Source of the DNA: Octopus sinensis
Lineage: Eukaryota
Reading direction: 5' to 3'
Assembly (NCBI RefSeq): GCF_006345805.1
Contig: NC_042997.1
Coordinates: 7,316,001 to 7,380,000 of the forward strand
DNA length: 64,000 nucleotides
Every line of letters begins with the position of its first letter. Within the stretch, counting starts at the first letter, position 1. Below are positions 11,216 through 23,957 of the stretch, in pieces. The notes under the pieces were generated by a model that was given only the letters and a program-made list of their open reading frames with translations, did not search any database and was not told the origin of the DNA. The translations under genes were made by a program, and so were the position numbers.

Positions 11216-13476
11216 ACCACGCATCACTTGCCCCAAAACGGAGGTACGCAGATGTGGTGCGTACCACAAACCACCAACGTGTTGTTGAAAGGGCAGCTGC
11301 TGAGCAGGAGTCTTTTTTGTGCATGGCACAAAAGATTGTACAACAGCTAACCTGGCCCCATCAGGCTCAGGCTCGCAGATGGAACTGCCCACGGTTCACA
11401 AGACCGCCACAGCAGATGGACCCAGGGTGGACACCGCCGGCAACAGCATACACCTCACCTCGATGCTCCTACTGAACATCAGAGGACTACTAACACACAG
11501 TAACAGGACAAAAGTCCCGTTCCTGAGAGACTTTGTCGCATGCAATCAAGCCTTATGCATAGCACTCACAGAAACGCATCTGAAACCGGACATAGCAGAT
11601 GCGGAATTACACATACCACAGTATGTTGTACTACGGACCGACAGGAAAGGAAGGAGTCATGGAGGAGTTGCTATGTACATCCGTGGGGACCTCACACCCC
11701 AGGTCCTTTTGTCATACTCAAACTCGGTGTGTGACACACTAATTGTACACATAAGGCAACTTGATGTAGTTGTGTGTGCTACATATCTCCCTCCAGATGC
11801 CCCAAGTCATATGGGCAAGTTTGAGGACTGCCTTTTAAAAGTAGAAGATGGATTCCCGGCAATCCTCCTAAAAGTATGTAAGAGAGTCTTAGCAAGACCA
11901 CTGCAGTTCCTCTTTCAGAGCTCCCTTGCAGCTGGCAAACTTCCAAGAAAACTGAAGGAAGGTAAAATATGCCCTATTCATAAAGGAGGTAGCAGAGCGG
12001 AGGCCAAGAACTACAGACCTATCTCTCTGACCTCACACATCAGCAAGGTCATGGAACGAATAGTCAGAAGGAAACTAATCACCTTCCTTGAAGAAAATGA
12101 CTTGCTGCCTGACACCCAACATGGTTTCCGACCAGGAAGAAGCTGCTTAACTCAGCTCCTGCAGCACTATGACTGGGTGCTGAAACAACTGCTCAACCAC
12201 GCAAATGTGGAAGTCATATATCTCGACTTCGCAAAGGCCTTCGATAAAGTCGATCATGGAATGATATGTCACAAACTGCGTGATCTTGGCATAGTTGGAA
12301 AAGTAGGAGAATGGCTTCACGACTTTCTGAAGAATAGAAGTCAGATGGTAGTAGCTACTTCCATTAGCACGCAAATAGTGAGCGGTGTTCCACAGGGCAC
12401 TGTTTTGGAACCACTACTGTTCATAATGGCCCTCTCAGATATGCCCTCAGCCACGCGGAGAGCCACGATTACAAGTTATGCAGATGATACAAAAGTCTCA
12501 CAGGCAATACAGAACCCTGAAGACACTAGGCACCTGCAATATGAGCTGGACGAAATATGCAAGTGGGCTGAAAAGAATAGCATGCAGTTCAATGCTGAAA
12601 AGTTTCAAGCTTTATACTATCAGCATGCAAAACTGAATGCGATACCCAAGGAATACACTGGGCCCGGAGGGATTGCAATCCCAGAGGCACAATCAGTGCG
12701 TGACCTGGGTATTCACATGAGTGATGACGCGACCTTTCATGTACATGTTGCTAAACTGACAATGAAATGCAGACGGCTGGCTGGATGGATTCTTAGAACC
12801 TTTAGAACAAGAGAACAAGAAACCATGATGGTCCTCTGGAAGACACTTGTCCTAAGCCACTTTGACTATTGCTCTCAGCTATGGTCACCATCCAGTGTCA
12901 AGTTGATCACAGAACTTGAGGCGATCCAACGAAGCTACACGAAGAAGATAGCCTCTATGCAGAATGTAAGCTACTGGGAAAGACTCAAGAGATTAAAATT
13001 ATATTCCCTGGAGCGTAGGCGGGAAAGATATGCCATAATATACATCTGGAAGATCCTGGAGGGAAGTGTCCTGAACTTTGGCATCGAGAGTTACGCAAAT
13101 GCCAGAACTGGGCGCCACTGCGTGGTGCCTAGGACTCCAAACTTGCCATCAAGATGCAGGACAAGATTCTGTGATAGCCTGGGCTTCCGAGGCCCACAGC
13201 TCTTCAATATCCTCCCGAAGAACCTGAGAGACCTGCATGGGGTGGATTCAGATGTCTTTAAAATGGAGCTGGATCTCTTCCTGTCAGGTGTCCCAGATGA
13301 ACCAACTTCACGGCAGGAGGGGCAGATGAGGGCAGCTGCATCGAACTCTCTCATGCACCAAATAGCAGTTGCAAGAAAGCCTCCATGAAGTGAAACCAAG
13401 TAGCAACACCAAATGGCGGTGCCCCAGCATGGCCACAGCTCATAAGCTGAAACTAGAATCAATCAATCAATCAATC
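11212..13476 (+). mobile_element. Young 5'-truncated, internally deleted CR1-group (Zenon-like) LINE with an (AATC)n tail
   Basis: GC-richer block that starts directly after (TA)n. It contains a probable ORF1 C-terminus (11212-11475), ORF2, a short 3' UTR and (aatc)5 at 13457-13476. Confidence 0.95.
11319..13388 (+). CDS. LINE ORF2: truncated APE endonuclease fused in frame to an intact reverse transcriptase (689 aa)
   Basis: EN motifs LLNIRGL, IALTETHL and DRKGRSHGGVAMY. RT motifs NYRPISLTS, QHGFRPGRSCLTQL, YLDFAKAFDKVDH, SGVPQGTVL, YADD and RDLGI. C-terminus LYSLERRRERY...GPQLFN. The true start is likely near 11462. Confidence 0.95.
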   Translation: MHGTKDCTTANLAPSGSGSQMELPTVHKTATADGPRVDTAGNSIHLTSMLLLNIRGLLTHSNRTKVPFLRDFVACNQALCIALTETHLKPDIADAELHIPQYVVLRTDRKGRSHGGVAMYIRGDLTPQVLLSYSNSVCDTLIVHIRQLDVVVCATYLPPDAPSHMGKFEDCLLKVEDGFPAILLKVCKRVLARPLQFLFQSSLAAGKLPRKLKEGKICPIHKGGSRAEAKNYRPISLTSHISKVMERIVRRKLITFLEENDLLPDTQHGFRPGRSCLTQLLQHYDWVLKQLLNHANVEVIYLDFAKAFDKVDHGMICHKLRDLGIVGKVGEWLHDFLKNRSQMVVATSISTQIVSGVPQGTVLEPLLFIMALSDMPSATRRATITSYADDTKVSQAIQNPEDTRHLQYELDEICKWAEKNSMQFNAEKFQALYYQHAKLNAIPKEYTGPGGIAIPEAQSVRDLGIHMSDDATFHVHVAKLTMKCRRLAGWILRTFRTREQETMMVLWKTLVLSHFDYCSQLWSPSSVKLITELEAIQRSYTKKIASMQNVSYWERLKRLKLYSLERRRERYAIIYIWKILEGSVLNFGIESYANARTGRHCVVPRTPNLPSRCRTRFCDSLGFRGPQLFNILPKNLRDLHGVDSDVFKMELDLFLSGVPDEPTSRQEGQMRAAASNSLMHQIAVARKPP

Positions 13477-13574
13477 ATATACAGAGTGTAAGTCAAAAGC
13501 TAAGAGTTCCGTGCATTAGCACTTATCAAACAAGAATTTGCCCATTGTCACTGTAACTTCCGACGAAATAACTT

Positions 13575-13972
13575 TTAAAATACAAGATGTCAAAAACATT
13601 AAGTGTTCCATGTGACACATTCTACCAGTATCGGAAATTTGAAAGTGTTTATTTAAAAAAATTAATTAAATAATTTCTACGTCTAATTGAACAGGTCTGG
13701 AACGGATGAAAGTCAAATTCGACTTCGGCGGAGTTTGAACTCATAACATAAATACATACGAAATAACGCTTCTAAAATACAAAACTTTGTAAAATCGTTA
13801 AGAATAAACCCTGTTCTATGTGTCATATTCTACCAATATCGGAAGTTTGAAAGTGTTTGGTTAAAAAAAAAAATAACAATACTCTGCAAATCAAAGTCGA
13901 CCTCTGCGAAATTTGAATACCATTAAACATTTTGCCCGGTGCGCTAGCGTTTCTGTCAGTTTGCCGCCTTAG
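13575..13972. repeat. Diverged 200-bp tandem duplication, each unit ending in a family C SINE fragment
   Basis: tgttcc/tatgtg...attctacca.tatcggaa.tttgaaagtgttt occurs at about 13603-13650 and 13812-13858. Each is followed by aaa.tcgac.tc.gcg.a.tttgaa. Confidence 0.8.
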
Positions 13973-15848
13973 AAAGTAAGCATTCATTTTAGAAATATAT
14001 TCTTTATTTTTATTGCTGAAGCGTTACCCCCTTACTTCCTTATTTACTGACATGAAATTTCGTAATATTTTTACCTCATAACTCTGTCCCTCCTAATGTT
14101 TGTTCAATACGACTAGCGATTCGGAATTTCCCTTGCATTTTTCTATCATTTAAGCTGAAGAAAGATACACTTTGAATTAAACATTTTTTTAAATATGTTA
14201 ATTAAAGTTATTTTCCTTTCTGCCCCCACCATCCCCTTCATATCGCAAATAATTTGATGTATATTTTTTTCTACAAAACCAAATTTCAAAGTGTAGCTGA
14301 GGATGTGTCCTCTTTAAAACTATTAACAGTTTGCAATATAGTTAAACATTGAATTAGTGGTGAAGCTTGGAAGCTGCTGAGATTGAAGAAATGGTGGACT
14401 TAAAAATATATTTAATACGGAGTTAAAAAAGTTATTTGAAGGTAGTGATATAGAGGAGGAAGGTTAAAATATAATTTTAGCTTAGGTATGATGCCCTTAT
14501 GGTAAAGTTAAAGGCAGGGAGAAAGTGTGAGAGAGAGGAGGCAGAAAGAAAGGTGAGTGAGAGAGATAATGATGATCGTGCTGGTTATGGTGGTATTAGT
14601 ACACGGGATTGACGTAGTAGTAGTGGAGTTGGCGGTGGTGAGGAAATACCGAAAAGTGTATTTTTTTAAATTGAACTAATTTTTCTATATCACCTATCTC
14701 ATAACGCATGCGCATATGTGCAACTCCGTGAAATACTCACGCTTATTTATGTGGCATAAATGTGCAAGTTAATTAAAGGTTTTATACGTACGGCAATATT
14801 CTTTTGTTTACAGGGAAAATAGAAAAATAAGAGTAAATATTTATTTTATGAGTGCTGTGTATTAAGTCGATCAAATATGTAGGATTTATTACAATAGAAA
14901 GTTTAATTACGAAGAGAACATTAAATAATCATAGTATTCCAATTTCTTTCAGTTATCAAGGAGTAGCAGATGAGCGACTATATTTCCATACAGACACAAC
15001 ACAGGCTGTGCTTTCAAAATTTTTGGATAAAGTTTTCATACTTGACCCAATACGTTTACAATGAATTCCAACAAAATTCACCGGTCTCGCTAGGTAAATA
15101 TAAATAGATATGTAAATAAATATTAAATTTTGCAAATGTTTTTTTTAAATATGTCAACAGTTATACATAACTGAAGGAGACACTCATTCCTTATAATTTG
15201 TTTCTTGCTAGCGCGTTTAAAAATAAATTGAAATGTTCTAAATAATGTGTAACCTTCTTCTCTATAAAGTTACAATCAATGTCACTAGAACACTATTTTG
15301 CATCTCTTCACATAGATACCGTAAGAAATATTGAATCAGATAATTGTACAGTTATTTCTTAGCAATTATTTTGAAGATAGTTTCTACATAAGGTTCCAGA
15401 ATATATCGCCTGTATACATTTTAAATAGGCTATATTTTCACACAGCTACAAAACAGAATTCTATATTTTATTGCATCATTTTTAATTATTGGGATCACAC
15501 TAATAACGTCTCACCTCAGAACAGACAAAGTAGTGATAATTTTAATGAATTTTTCAGGACAGACAGTTTTACAACCATTTCAAATCTTCAAGCCATGAAC
15601 AATTTACTGCAAATATTTATTATTGATTATTTTACATTCATTTGCTTTTAAGTGTCATCTCAAATATATTTTCGTACTTGCTAACCATTTCAATTTGAGT
15701 CAAATACGCGTGATCAAATAACATTTGTTTTCGATTAAACATCATCGTGTGTGTGTGTACATACAAGAACACAAAAACACACACGAATACACACGAGCAA
15801 GAACACACATACATGCACACACACACACACATACAAATACACATAAAT

Positions 15849-15879
<31 letters not shown>

Positions 15880-15999
15880 ATTGTAAAAATTATTACGTAT
15901 GTGAGTCAATGCTCAATAAAAACTATGCTAATAGGATATATATGAATATCTATATAGAGATACATATTCATATATCTTTTCTGTTAACTCTTTTTTCAG

Positions 16000-16362
16000 T
16001 CTTAAATGTGCTGCCATTTTGAAATACCACATTGATTTTTAGTCGAATTAATCGACCGTAATACTTAGCGTTTTAAATCTTCGTAATAATCTATTGGTTT
16101 CTTTTACCGAACCATTATATTGCGGGTACGGAAACACACCAACACCAGTTGTCAAGACGCACGTACATAGATATACATAAACAAACACATACACACTTAT
16201 GTATACAATGGAATTCTTTCAGTTTCTCTCTAGCATATCCACACCTTGGTCGGCTTGAGGTTATAGTAGAAGATACTGGCCCAGTGTAAAACGCAGTGGA
16301 CTGACCATGGAACCATGTGGCTGGGAAGCAAGCGTCTTACCATAAAACCACAGCGGTGCCTA
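16000..16362 (-). mobile_element. SINE family B, diverged
   Basis: ttctttcagttt...gtcggc...tagtagaagatact...acgcagtggactgacc.tggaaccatgtgg matches family B. Confidence 0.8.
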
Positions 16363-16451
16363 TGATAATTCTCTTCAAACAGCCACGTTCCTCGAACCTG
16401 CGTCCCCCAGATACCAGCTGATATTTTTACCATAAAGCTAAACTACACGCT

Positions 16452-16530
<79 letters not shown>

Positions 16531-16560
16531 TATGTGTGTGTGTGTGTGTGAATGTATATA

Positions 16561-17015
16561 TATATTATAAAATCTGTTCTGTCTGTCTCTGTGTGTGTCT
16601 TCTAGGATCACGAGCATGTTCCATTCGACTGCGCTAACATTTGATATGTAGATACCGACGGTATCACCGCGTGTATAAGTCTTGAAAAAATTACAAAAAT
16701 CGATTCCAGTTCAGACTGCGATCGATAAAGCCATGGGAACGTGCATTTGTACGCGCAAGTACATCAGCTGTTGCGATCGATATTACGCGTACGCGAGAAA
16801 AATGCACTTGCAGTTTGCACAAAGAAGCCCGCTGGCTTGAAATAATGCTACAAAATACAGTATATTTGAGAGACTAAAAAAGTAAGATGTAAAAGAGATA
16901 TTTTCTTCAAACTTGGCATGAAGGAAGGAGAGACTATTTGGTTTCTCAAGAACATTTTTTTGCCTTTATTTCGTTTACCGCCAGCTAACCCATCTAAAAA
17001 CTCTCTGGTGTATAG
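16561..17015 (+). mobile_element. Possible non-autonomous Helitron/Helentron-like repeat
   Basis: Starts tatattataaaatctgttctgtctgtctctgtgtg, resembling non-autonomous Helitron-like 5' ends with a (CTGT)n tract. The 3' end is not established. Confidence 0.35.
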
Positions 17016-17209
17016 AATATTAAAATAACAAAATTGTACAAAACAGTAATATAATTAAATGTTATATACATATGTCAATTTTTTAAATATATATATTTGA
17101 AATAATAATTTAAAATTTAAATATTAAAATGGGTCAAAATTTAACCACGCCAATTTTTTTTTAATTTGTAAAACAGTAGAAGGCTTCCTTAAAAGTCAAT
17201 TATATATAA

Positions 17210-17570
17210 GACAGGCTTCTTTCATACCCGCTCACAATACTTTGGTAGACCCGAAGATATCGTAAAAGACACTTGCCCGAGGCACCAGCAGTGAAACTGA
17301 ACTTTGGACCATGTAGTTGGGAGAGAAGTTTCTTACAACACATCCACGTCTTCTTTATCTTTAACGCTTTATCTTTTAACTTTTTCAGTCTTTAGCCTGC
17401 TGCCATGCTGGGCACCACCTAGGAGAATGTTAGTCGAATGAACGGACACGAATGCTAATGTCTTTTATACTTGGTACTTATACTATTCGTCTGTTTTGCC
17501 AAATCGCTAATTTAGAGTGAGGCAAATAAACCAACTCCAGTAGTTTACCAGTGGGGGCGGACAAACAAAG
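17210..17570 (-). mobile_element. Two SINE family B fragments (a 5' half, then a 3' half)
   Basis: gacaggcttctttca...gacacttgcccgagg...accatgt (17210-17350) and ttcagtc...gccatgctgggcaccacc...ttttgcc...gacaaac (17385-17567). Confidence 0.75.
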
Positions 17571-18429
17571 AGAGTGTTACGCACGCACACACATGCACAC
17601 ATGTACACATGCACACACACACACATACACACACACACAGACACTCACACACACAAACATGCAACATGCAATGTAAGCAGCATAATGTTACGGTCCTTGC
17701 ATTGGAGTGGCGTTTTGCCTCTCTACGTAATCTCTGGCTCTGAGCACATGGATCATATAATTTACGAAACCAGGACGCCAGTACAAGTGAAATCGCGGAG
17801 AAAGCCAAGACGCTGCTACAAGAGAAATCACGTGGAAGACATCTAGAAGACTCTAGATAGAAAAAACTTTAATACTGAAATTTAATTTCCTATTCCTTCT
17901 TACAATTATGGAAAAATATTTCTTTCCTTCTCTACTACCACCAGGGTGATAAAGGTGTGTATACATATATGTGTATGCATATATGTTTTCGTATATATGT
18001 ATACACATACATATACGTATGTGTACATAAACATATGCGCACGCATATATGTTTTCGTATATATGTATATATGTTTATATGTATGTATACATATACATAT
18101 ACGTATGTGTACATAAACATACGCGCACATATATACGTATATGTACACATATAGTTCAACTTTTCGCGCGAGGATCTCTGATCCAGGTGACTTCCATAAA
18201 TGTCCTTGTTTACAAAACAGTGATAGCACCATGTTCCATTATTTGTTTTGGCTTGATTTCTACAGATGAATGACCATCTTAACATCAACCACTCTGCAGT
18301 GTGTAGTCGATTCTTTGAACGTGGCACCTCTAATTAGGATCTAAATTTTGTTGTGGTCAGCAGTTCTTTTCGACTGCAGCTGTACGTGAAATATCTTTAT
18401 ATTCTCCTTGATTAGTTCCTGTGTCCCAT

Positions 18430-18730
18430 GTGTTACCGGATCTCTTTCCACAGCTTACTTCCATTTTAAGTGATCGGCATTTCTTTATGCGACTGTCCTC
18501 AACCATCCGCATCATGTGTCTAAACTAGTGCAGTCTCCTCTCTGGCACACTTCATACAATTTTTCTTATGCACATTTTCTCTCTCTCAATACGCCAATGT
18601 TCTGTCGCACATGCACACGGACGTCTTATATCCAGTGGAGAATAGCAGCTTCGTCCTCTCCAGTCATCACATGTCCTCGCATTCAGAGGCCACCTCTTAC
18701 AACCAGTTCATACATAAGCAATATACAATC
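18430..18730 (-). mobile_element. RTE-type LINE ORF C-terminal remnant
   Basis: Reverse translation gives ERRLH*FRHMMRMVEDSRIKKCRSLKMEVSCG, resembling the RRLRWFGHVMRM...GRP end of RTE ORFs. Confidence 0.7.
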
Positions 18731-19707
18731 TTCCCTTCACTCAGAGAGAGAGAGAGAGAGAGAGAAAGTGTGTGTGAGTGAGAGAAAGAGAGAGCAAAAT
18801 TCATATATGCAGAAACGCACATAAATATGTATGTGCGTATATATGTGTGTGGCGGCGGGTGTTTGCAGGTGTGTGTGCGTGCATTTATATGCATATATAC
18901 ATATTTATTTCTGTATACACACAAACGTATACTCACACACACACATATATTCATACTTGTTCAAGGTCCTGCTAGAAGTATCGCTCAAATGAATTATTTC
19001 CATATCTCTCCCCTTCCACTCCACTCCTCTCTCTCAGCTTATATATGTGTGTTTATGTGTACGTACCAGTGTGTGTCCATAATCTTATATGCGAATACAT
19101 ATATGTGTGAGATATGGTTTCTCATCCATTCGATATCAAGATTTGGCTTGCTTAACTGAACGTAGCTTACCACTGTGAGCAAACTGACGAAATATTTTAC
19201 GTAACTCCACGATGCATTGCTGTGCTCAAGCGAGTGAATAAACCACATGATTATACGCATGTGAGTGCTTGTGTGTGTGTGTGTGTGTGTTTGTGTGAGT
19301 GTATAAGTATATGCATGCGTGTGCCTATTTATGTATATATATATTTATGCAAATACAGAGGTAAGATGATTTATTGGTTTTCTAAATTCAAGCTGTCTTA
19401 AGTTCGTGCGTTAATCTAATTGGAGCTTGGTTATCTTGCGCACAAATCAGTTAATATTTAGTTCACAGATCGCTATATCTGAACATTTCTTTGCCGGTAC
19501 GCTCAGATCCTTCGAATTAGTTATTGCAGAGAAGGCCCGATGAATTTCCTTTGAGGTATTTATCCAGAAAAATTTTACATATAGTTCCTTTCCACGTTTG
19601 CACAGGTTTTATAAATATTATGCACACCTTATATATATATATATATATATATTATATATGCGTGTGTGTGTATGTATGTGACAATAGATATAGATATAGA
19701 TATATAT

Positions 19708-19860
19708 CAGGGGCATATACTGCGGGTGTGCTAGGTATGTGCTGCACACGTATCGAAAATGGCAAATTCATTATGAATATTAATCTCACTCATTAATTTG
19801 ATCAGAAACTTGGTAGCAAAACGTGTGGCAAAATACCCAATACAACACTGCCATACGCCA

Positions 19861-19863
<3 letters not shown>
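19708..19863. mobile_element. 156-bp MITE-like insertion within (TA)n
   Basis: Termini caggggcata ... tacgccactg (reverse complement cagtggcgta), flanked on both sides by TA repeats. Confidence 0.55.
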
Positions 19864-19905
<42 letters not shown>

Positions 19906-20229
19906 TATATATATATTATATATATATATATATATAATATATATATATATATGTATATATTCAATTTCTGTTAGTTAGCTTCTCTTTTCCTCTTAGGCAA
20001 TTATTAGTTGCATTCCAGATACTTTTTGAACAAGATTTTTTTTGTTGGAAACAGCATTTATCAGTATTCGTGATGATTGTAATTTTTGTATAACATTATT
20101 ATATATCTAAGAAGCTGACCTGCCAAAGTTTTCTTATTCCAGATTCAAGGAGATGAAGGCACCATCACTTTGGACACACTGATCATCACAGCTGATTTGC
20201 TTGCAGAATGTATATGGGATAAATGGAGT

Positions 20230-20790
20230 ATCTCTCTAGAATAAAGTTTAGCGCTGAAAGGTGTTAAATTCTTCAGACTACTTACTGAATATTTTTTTAG
20301 CTGGCACGAGAATTTCAATCTTATTAGAGCGGAGGAGAGAAATTAGAATAGGCACGGGTCGGAGAAGAATGGTGATTGAGTAAATTCGCAATTTTCTGGA
20401 AGCAAACCGTTGCATGTTTATAAAAAAACCATAAGCCTAGAGTTTGGAGTTGGTGTGGCAGTAGGGCATAGAATTATTTATGAATATGCAAACAAATCCA
20501 AAATTTGTGTAAAGTTTGTCCCTTGGTAACGAAATACTCACCTTCCCCACAGTGCAAATGTTTCTTCTTGTGATGTTTGGTTGTTTCCCAGGCTGAAGGA
20601 AAATCTTAAATGCAGTCCCTTTGGCGATAAAAATTTTTGTGATAATAGTAGTCGACAACTTCTTAGAAAAATTCCTTACGGCCTCACAACATCAGAGGAT
20701 CCTACTTTGAAGGTGATTGGGGTATTATACCTCTTTGAAATTAATAAATGTCACTCCTGAAAATATTTGCAAACTTGTGGAAAACACTTA
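20230..20790 (+). mobile_element. Internally deleted mariner transposase remnant
   Basis: IRNFLEANR...ISLEFGVGVAVGHRII...KICVKFVP joined to HLPHSANVSSCDVWLFPRLKENLK (YSPDLAPCDF-like). Confidence 0.75.
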
Positions 20791-22340
20791 TAAAGTTAGC
20801 TTACCAAAATGAGGTGCCCTAATACACCTTCATCGTCGTTTCCATGTTATCTGCGCCACATCTTCTAGATATGTAATAGTTTACTTGTTTTATCAACTGA
20901 TCTGTCCTTTAACTGTTGGGTGCCTATTATTTATAAAAACCTCCCACTAACGCTTCTCACATTGTTTGTATTTCACTCCATCGAATCTGCCGTTTATACG
21001 TATGTGGGTTGTATACTCATTCAGGCTGCATTTTTTAAATATTTATTTTGCGTCGATAATCAGGATTCTGTGTCTGTGGACATCTTATGAAGTTTGGAAT
21101 TATTTGATGTTAAGGGAACAAAGCTTATTCAGGTTCTAGTCACTCGATTTGTATTAAGATATAAGATGCACTCATAAATATTTATGGTTCAGATATGTCA
21201 CAACCAATTTACAGGAGTTGCTTTTAACGTTTAATGATTTTTGTTCTTCACTAGCTGCGTGGCTCTCGTCTATAACTGTTTCATCTACATTCCTTGATAA
21301 AAGTATTTATAATAACATTATTACATACATTATATCAAGCTGTAATGTAGGAGTGTTTTATGAGAAACTCGTTATCGATTACTAGCAGGATAAGTGACTA
21401 TGTAGAGGTAAATCTGTTGGCTCATTCATTCTTGTCAATGAAAGAATTTTTTTCTTGAGCAACTTTTGTAAACAGTGGCAGATATTTAAAATTACCGATA
21501 TTTGAGTTATTAAATGTAAATGACACTTAATTTATTATTCTTATTTTTGTCCTCTGTAATCTTCGACGAAACAAGTTTTGAATATAAAATTCAAATTCAA
21601 TATTTTTTGTGGAAAATACTCTAAACAGTAATATATTATGATTATTGTAATCAAAACGTGTTCTGATAAAAATGCTCACACATTTAACAATAATAAATCA
21701 ATATATTGTTGCCTGATATTTGTTGTACGCAAAGCGTTATCTAGAGACTAATTTTAACATAATCGGAACATATATACTAGAAGCACGTTACAAACAGATT
21801 ACACCATAACAAAAGTCTACTTTATCTAAAAGTTAAAGTATAGTTTACCAACCGAGTCAACATTAGGTTCTGAAACACGGGGAACAATATTGCTTCTGAG
21901 GACTTAGTAGTTCTCTGTTGAAATAGTGATTTAACTGAAAACAGTGCTCGAAGAAATATTACGATCAATCGTATCGACAGAATTATACACGTCACAACAG
22001 GCAACTCAATCAATAATATCTGAGCACTTAAGACGTTCATTTAGTGCAAATGCGATAAGGTGAGCGATTACAATATTATCAAGCCAATATTATTTAGAAA
22101 TCTACAATGTATTTATAGAGACAAAATAAATGAATTTTAAACATTCCTCGTTGTACATTAGCAATATGAAATTTCATAGATTAGACAATAACATCATAGC
22201 TTCTCTGAATTTCTAAAGGAACATTCCTATGAATAACGTCACACACACACACACACACACACATGTATCTGTAAGTGTGAGTGTGTATGTGTGTGGTTGT
22301 GTGCATATGCGTTCATGTGTGTTTGTGTGTATGTATATAT

Positions 22341-22373
<33 letters not shown>

Positions 22374-23039
22374 CTGTTCAAATTTACAGAAAAGAAAAGA
22401 TGGAGACAGGTGAGGGAACAAACATTTGCAACAGTTTGATGCTCGGGAAAAAATGGAGATCTACCCTCTGCAACAGAACGAGGGGGAAAAGTAAAGAGAG
22501 AACGAAAGTTGGTCTTTTAATCCAAGGGTATATGCATATGCATTCCAGTATTTATAATGTTTAAATTTATATAATATACAAAGAGTTAACTGCTATTAAA
22601 TAAATGTAGTATCATATATGTAGTAGTAATCTATCACAACAGCTTGCTGCATTTCTGGGGATACAAAAGATTTTACTTAATTTAATTCTGGGTGTAAAAT
22701 ATTACCAAAATGAAAAGATAAGGCATTTATCACACTTTTAACACTCAGTTATATTGCTTTCGTGCCACCTAGGATTTATCGCCAATAATGTGCTCCTAAA
22801 ATGCAAAAAACAGAGATGTCGATGCCAGTTTTATGAAGCGCCTTTCTGATATAAAAAGCCACAAATATTACTTTTGTTAGGATATAAGTTAAAATCAGAT
22901 TCGTAAGAAAACAATCGTAACTAGTATTTGCAGAAGTGTTATGTCCCTTTTTCATCCTGTATTTGGAATATTTATATGGACATATATATATGTGCATACA
23001 TATATACATGCACATACACATATATATATAATATAATAT

Positions 23040-23079
<40 letters not shown>

Positions 23080-23397
23080 TATATATATATATTGTGAAGT
23101 TATGGAATGGACTCTCATAAAGCTCTTCACTTTAGTTAAAACCGGAGGAGACGAGTTGTTAGAATATGTAAGAATTTTAATTCTTGCAGACGATAGATTC
23201 CTGCCGAAATATAATAACAATGTATGTTCATGATTTGATTAAATCAAACTAATTAAATATCAACGAACGCATCGGTGCAGGAAGTAGAAACCATAATAAA
23301 AAGAACTTGAGAAGGAATAGAGTAGAAAAGAGGGATCTTTTTTAGGCTATATTCTCTATGTAGATAGATAGATAGGAAGATAGATAGATAGATAGAC

Positions 23398-23434
<37 letters not shown>

Positions 23435-23435
23435 T

Positions 23436-23498
<63 letters not shown>

Positions 23499-23791
23499 GA
23501 TGTGCAATGCACGCCAGAAGGTCTACATATCTGATGCAGGCCTCGAAATACATATTAAGATACGTAAAGATCAGAATTTCAGAATTTATCTGCTGCTCTT
23601 GGTGGTCCGAATAGGATATTCAATATATATGGGTGTCTTTTCAAAAATTCTTTTATTTCTTTCAGGTAATTGCCTGAAGCGATGGTAGAGCACCACTTGT
23701 AGTCGTATAAATCATCCCAGCACTGTCTCTTTGTAAGCCTAATACCTATTTTCTCGGAATGTTTTGCCGAATCCCTATGATATAGGAAGTG

Positions 23792-23838
<47 letters not shown>

Positions 23839-23894
23839 TGTATATATATATATATATATAGATATATATATATATATATGTGTATATATATATA

Positions 23895-23954
<60 letters not shown>

Positions 23955-23957
<3 letters not shown>

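Noticed and set aside
23180-23222. cagacga...ctgccgaaatata, and similar weak motifs at 23525-23556, 27818-27870 and 61273-61320
   Set aside because: Too many core and stem mismatches. They may be fossils but cannot be supported individually.
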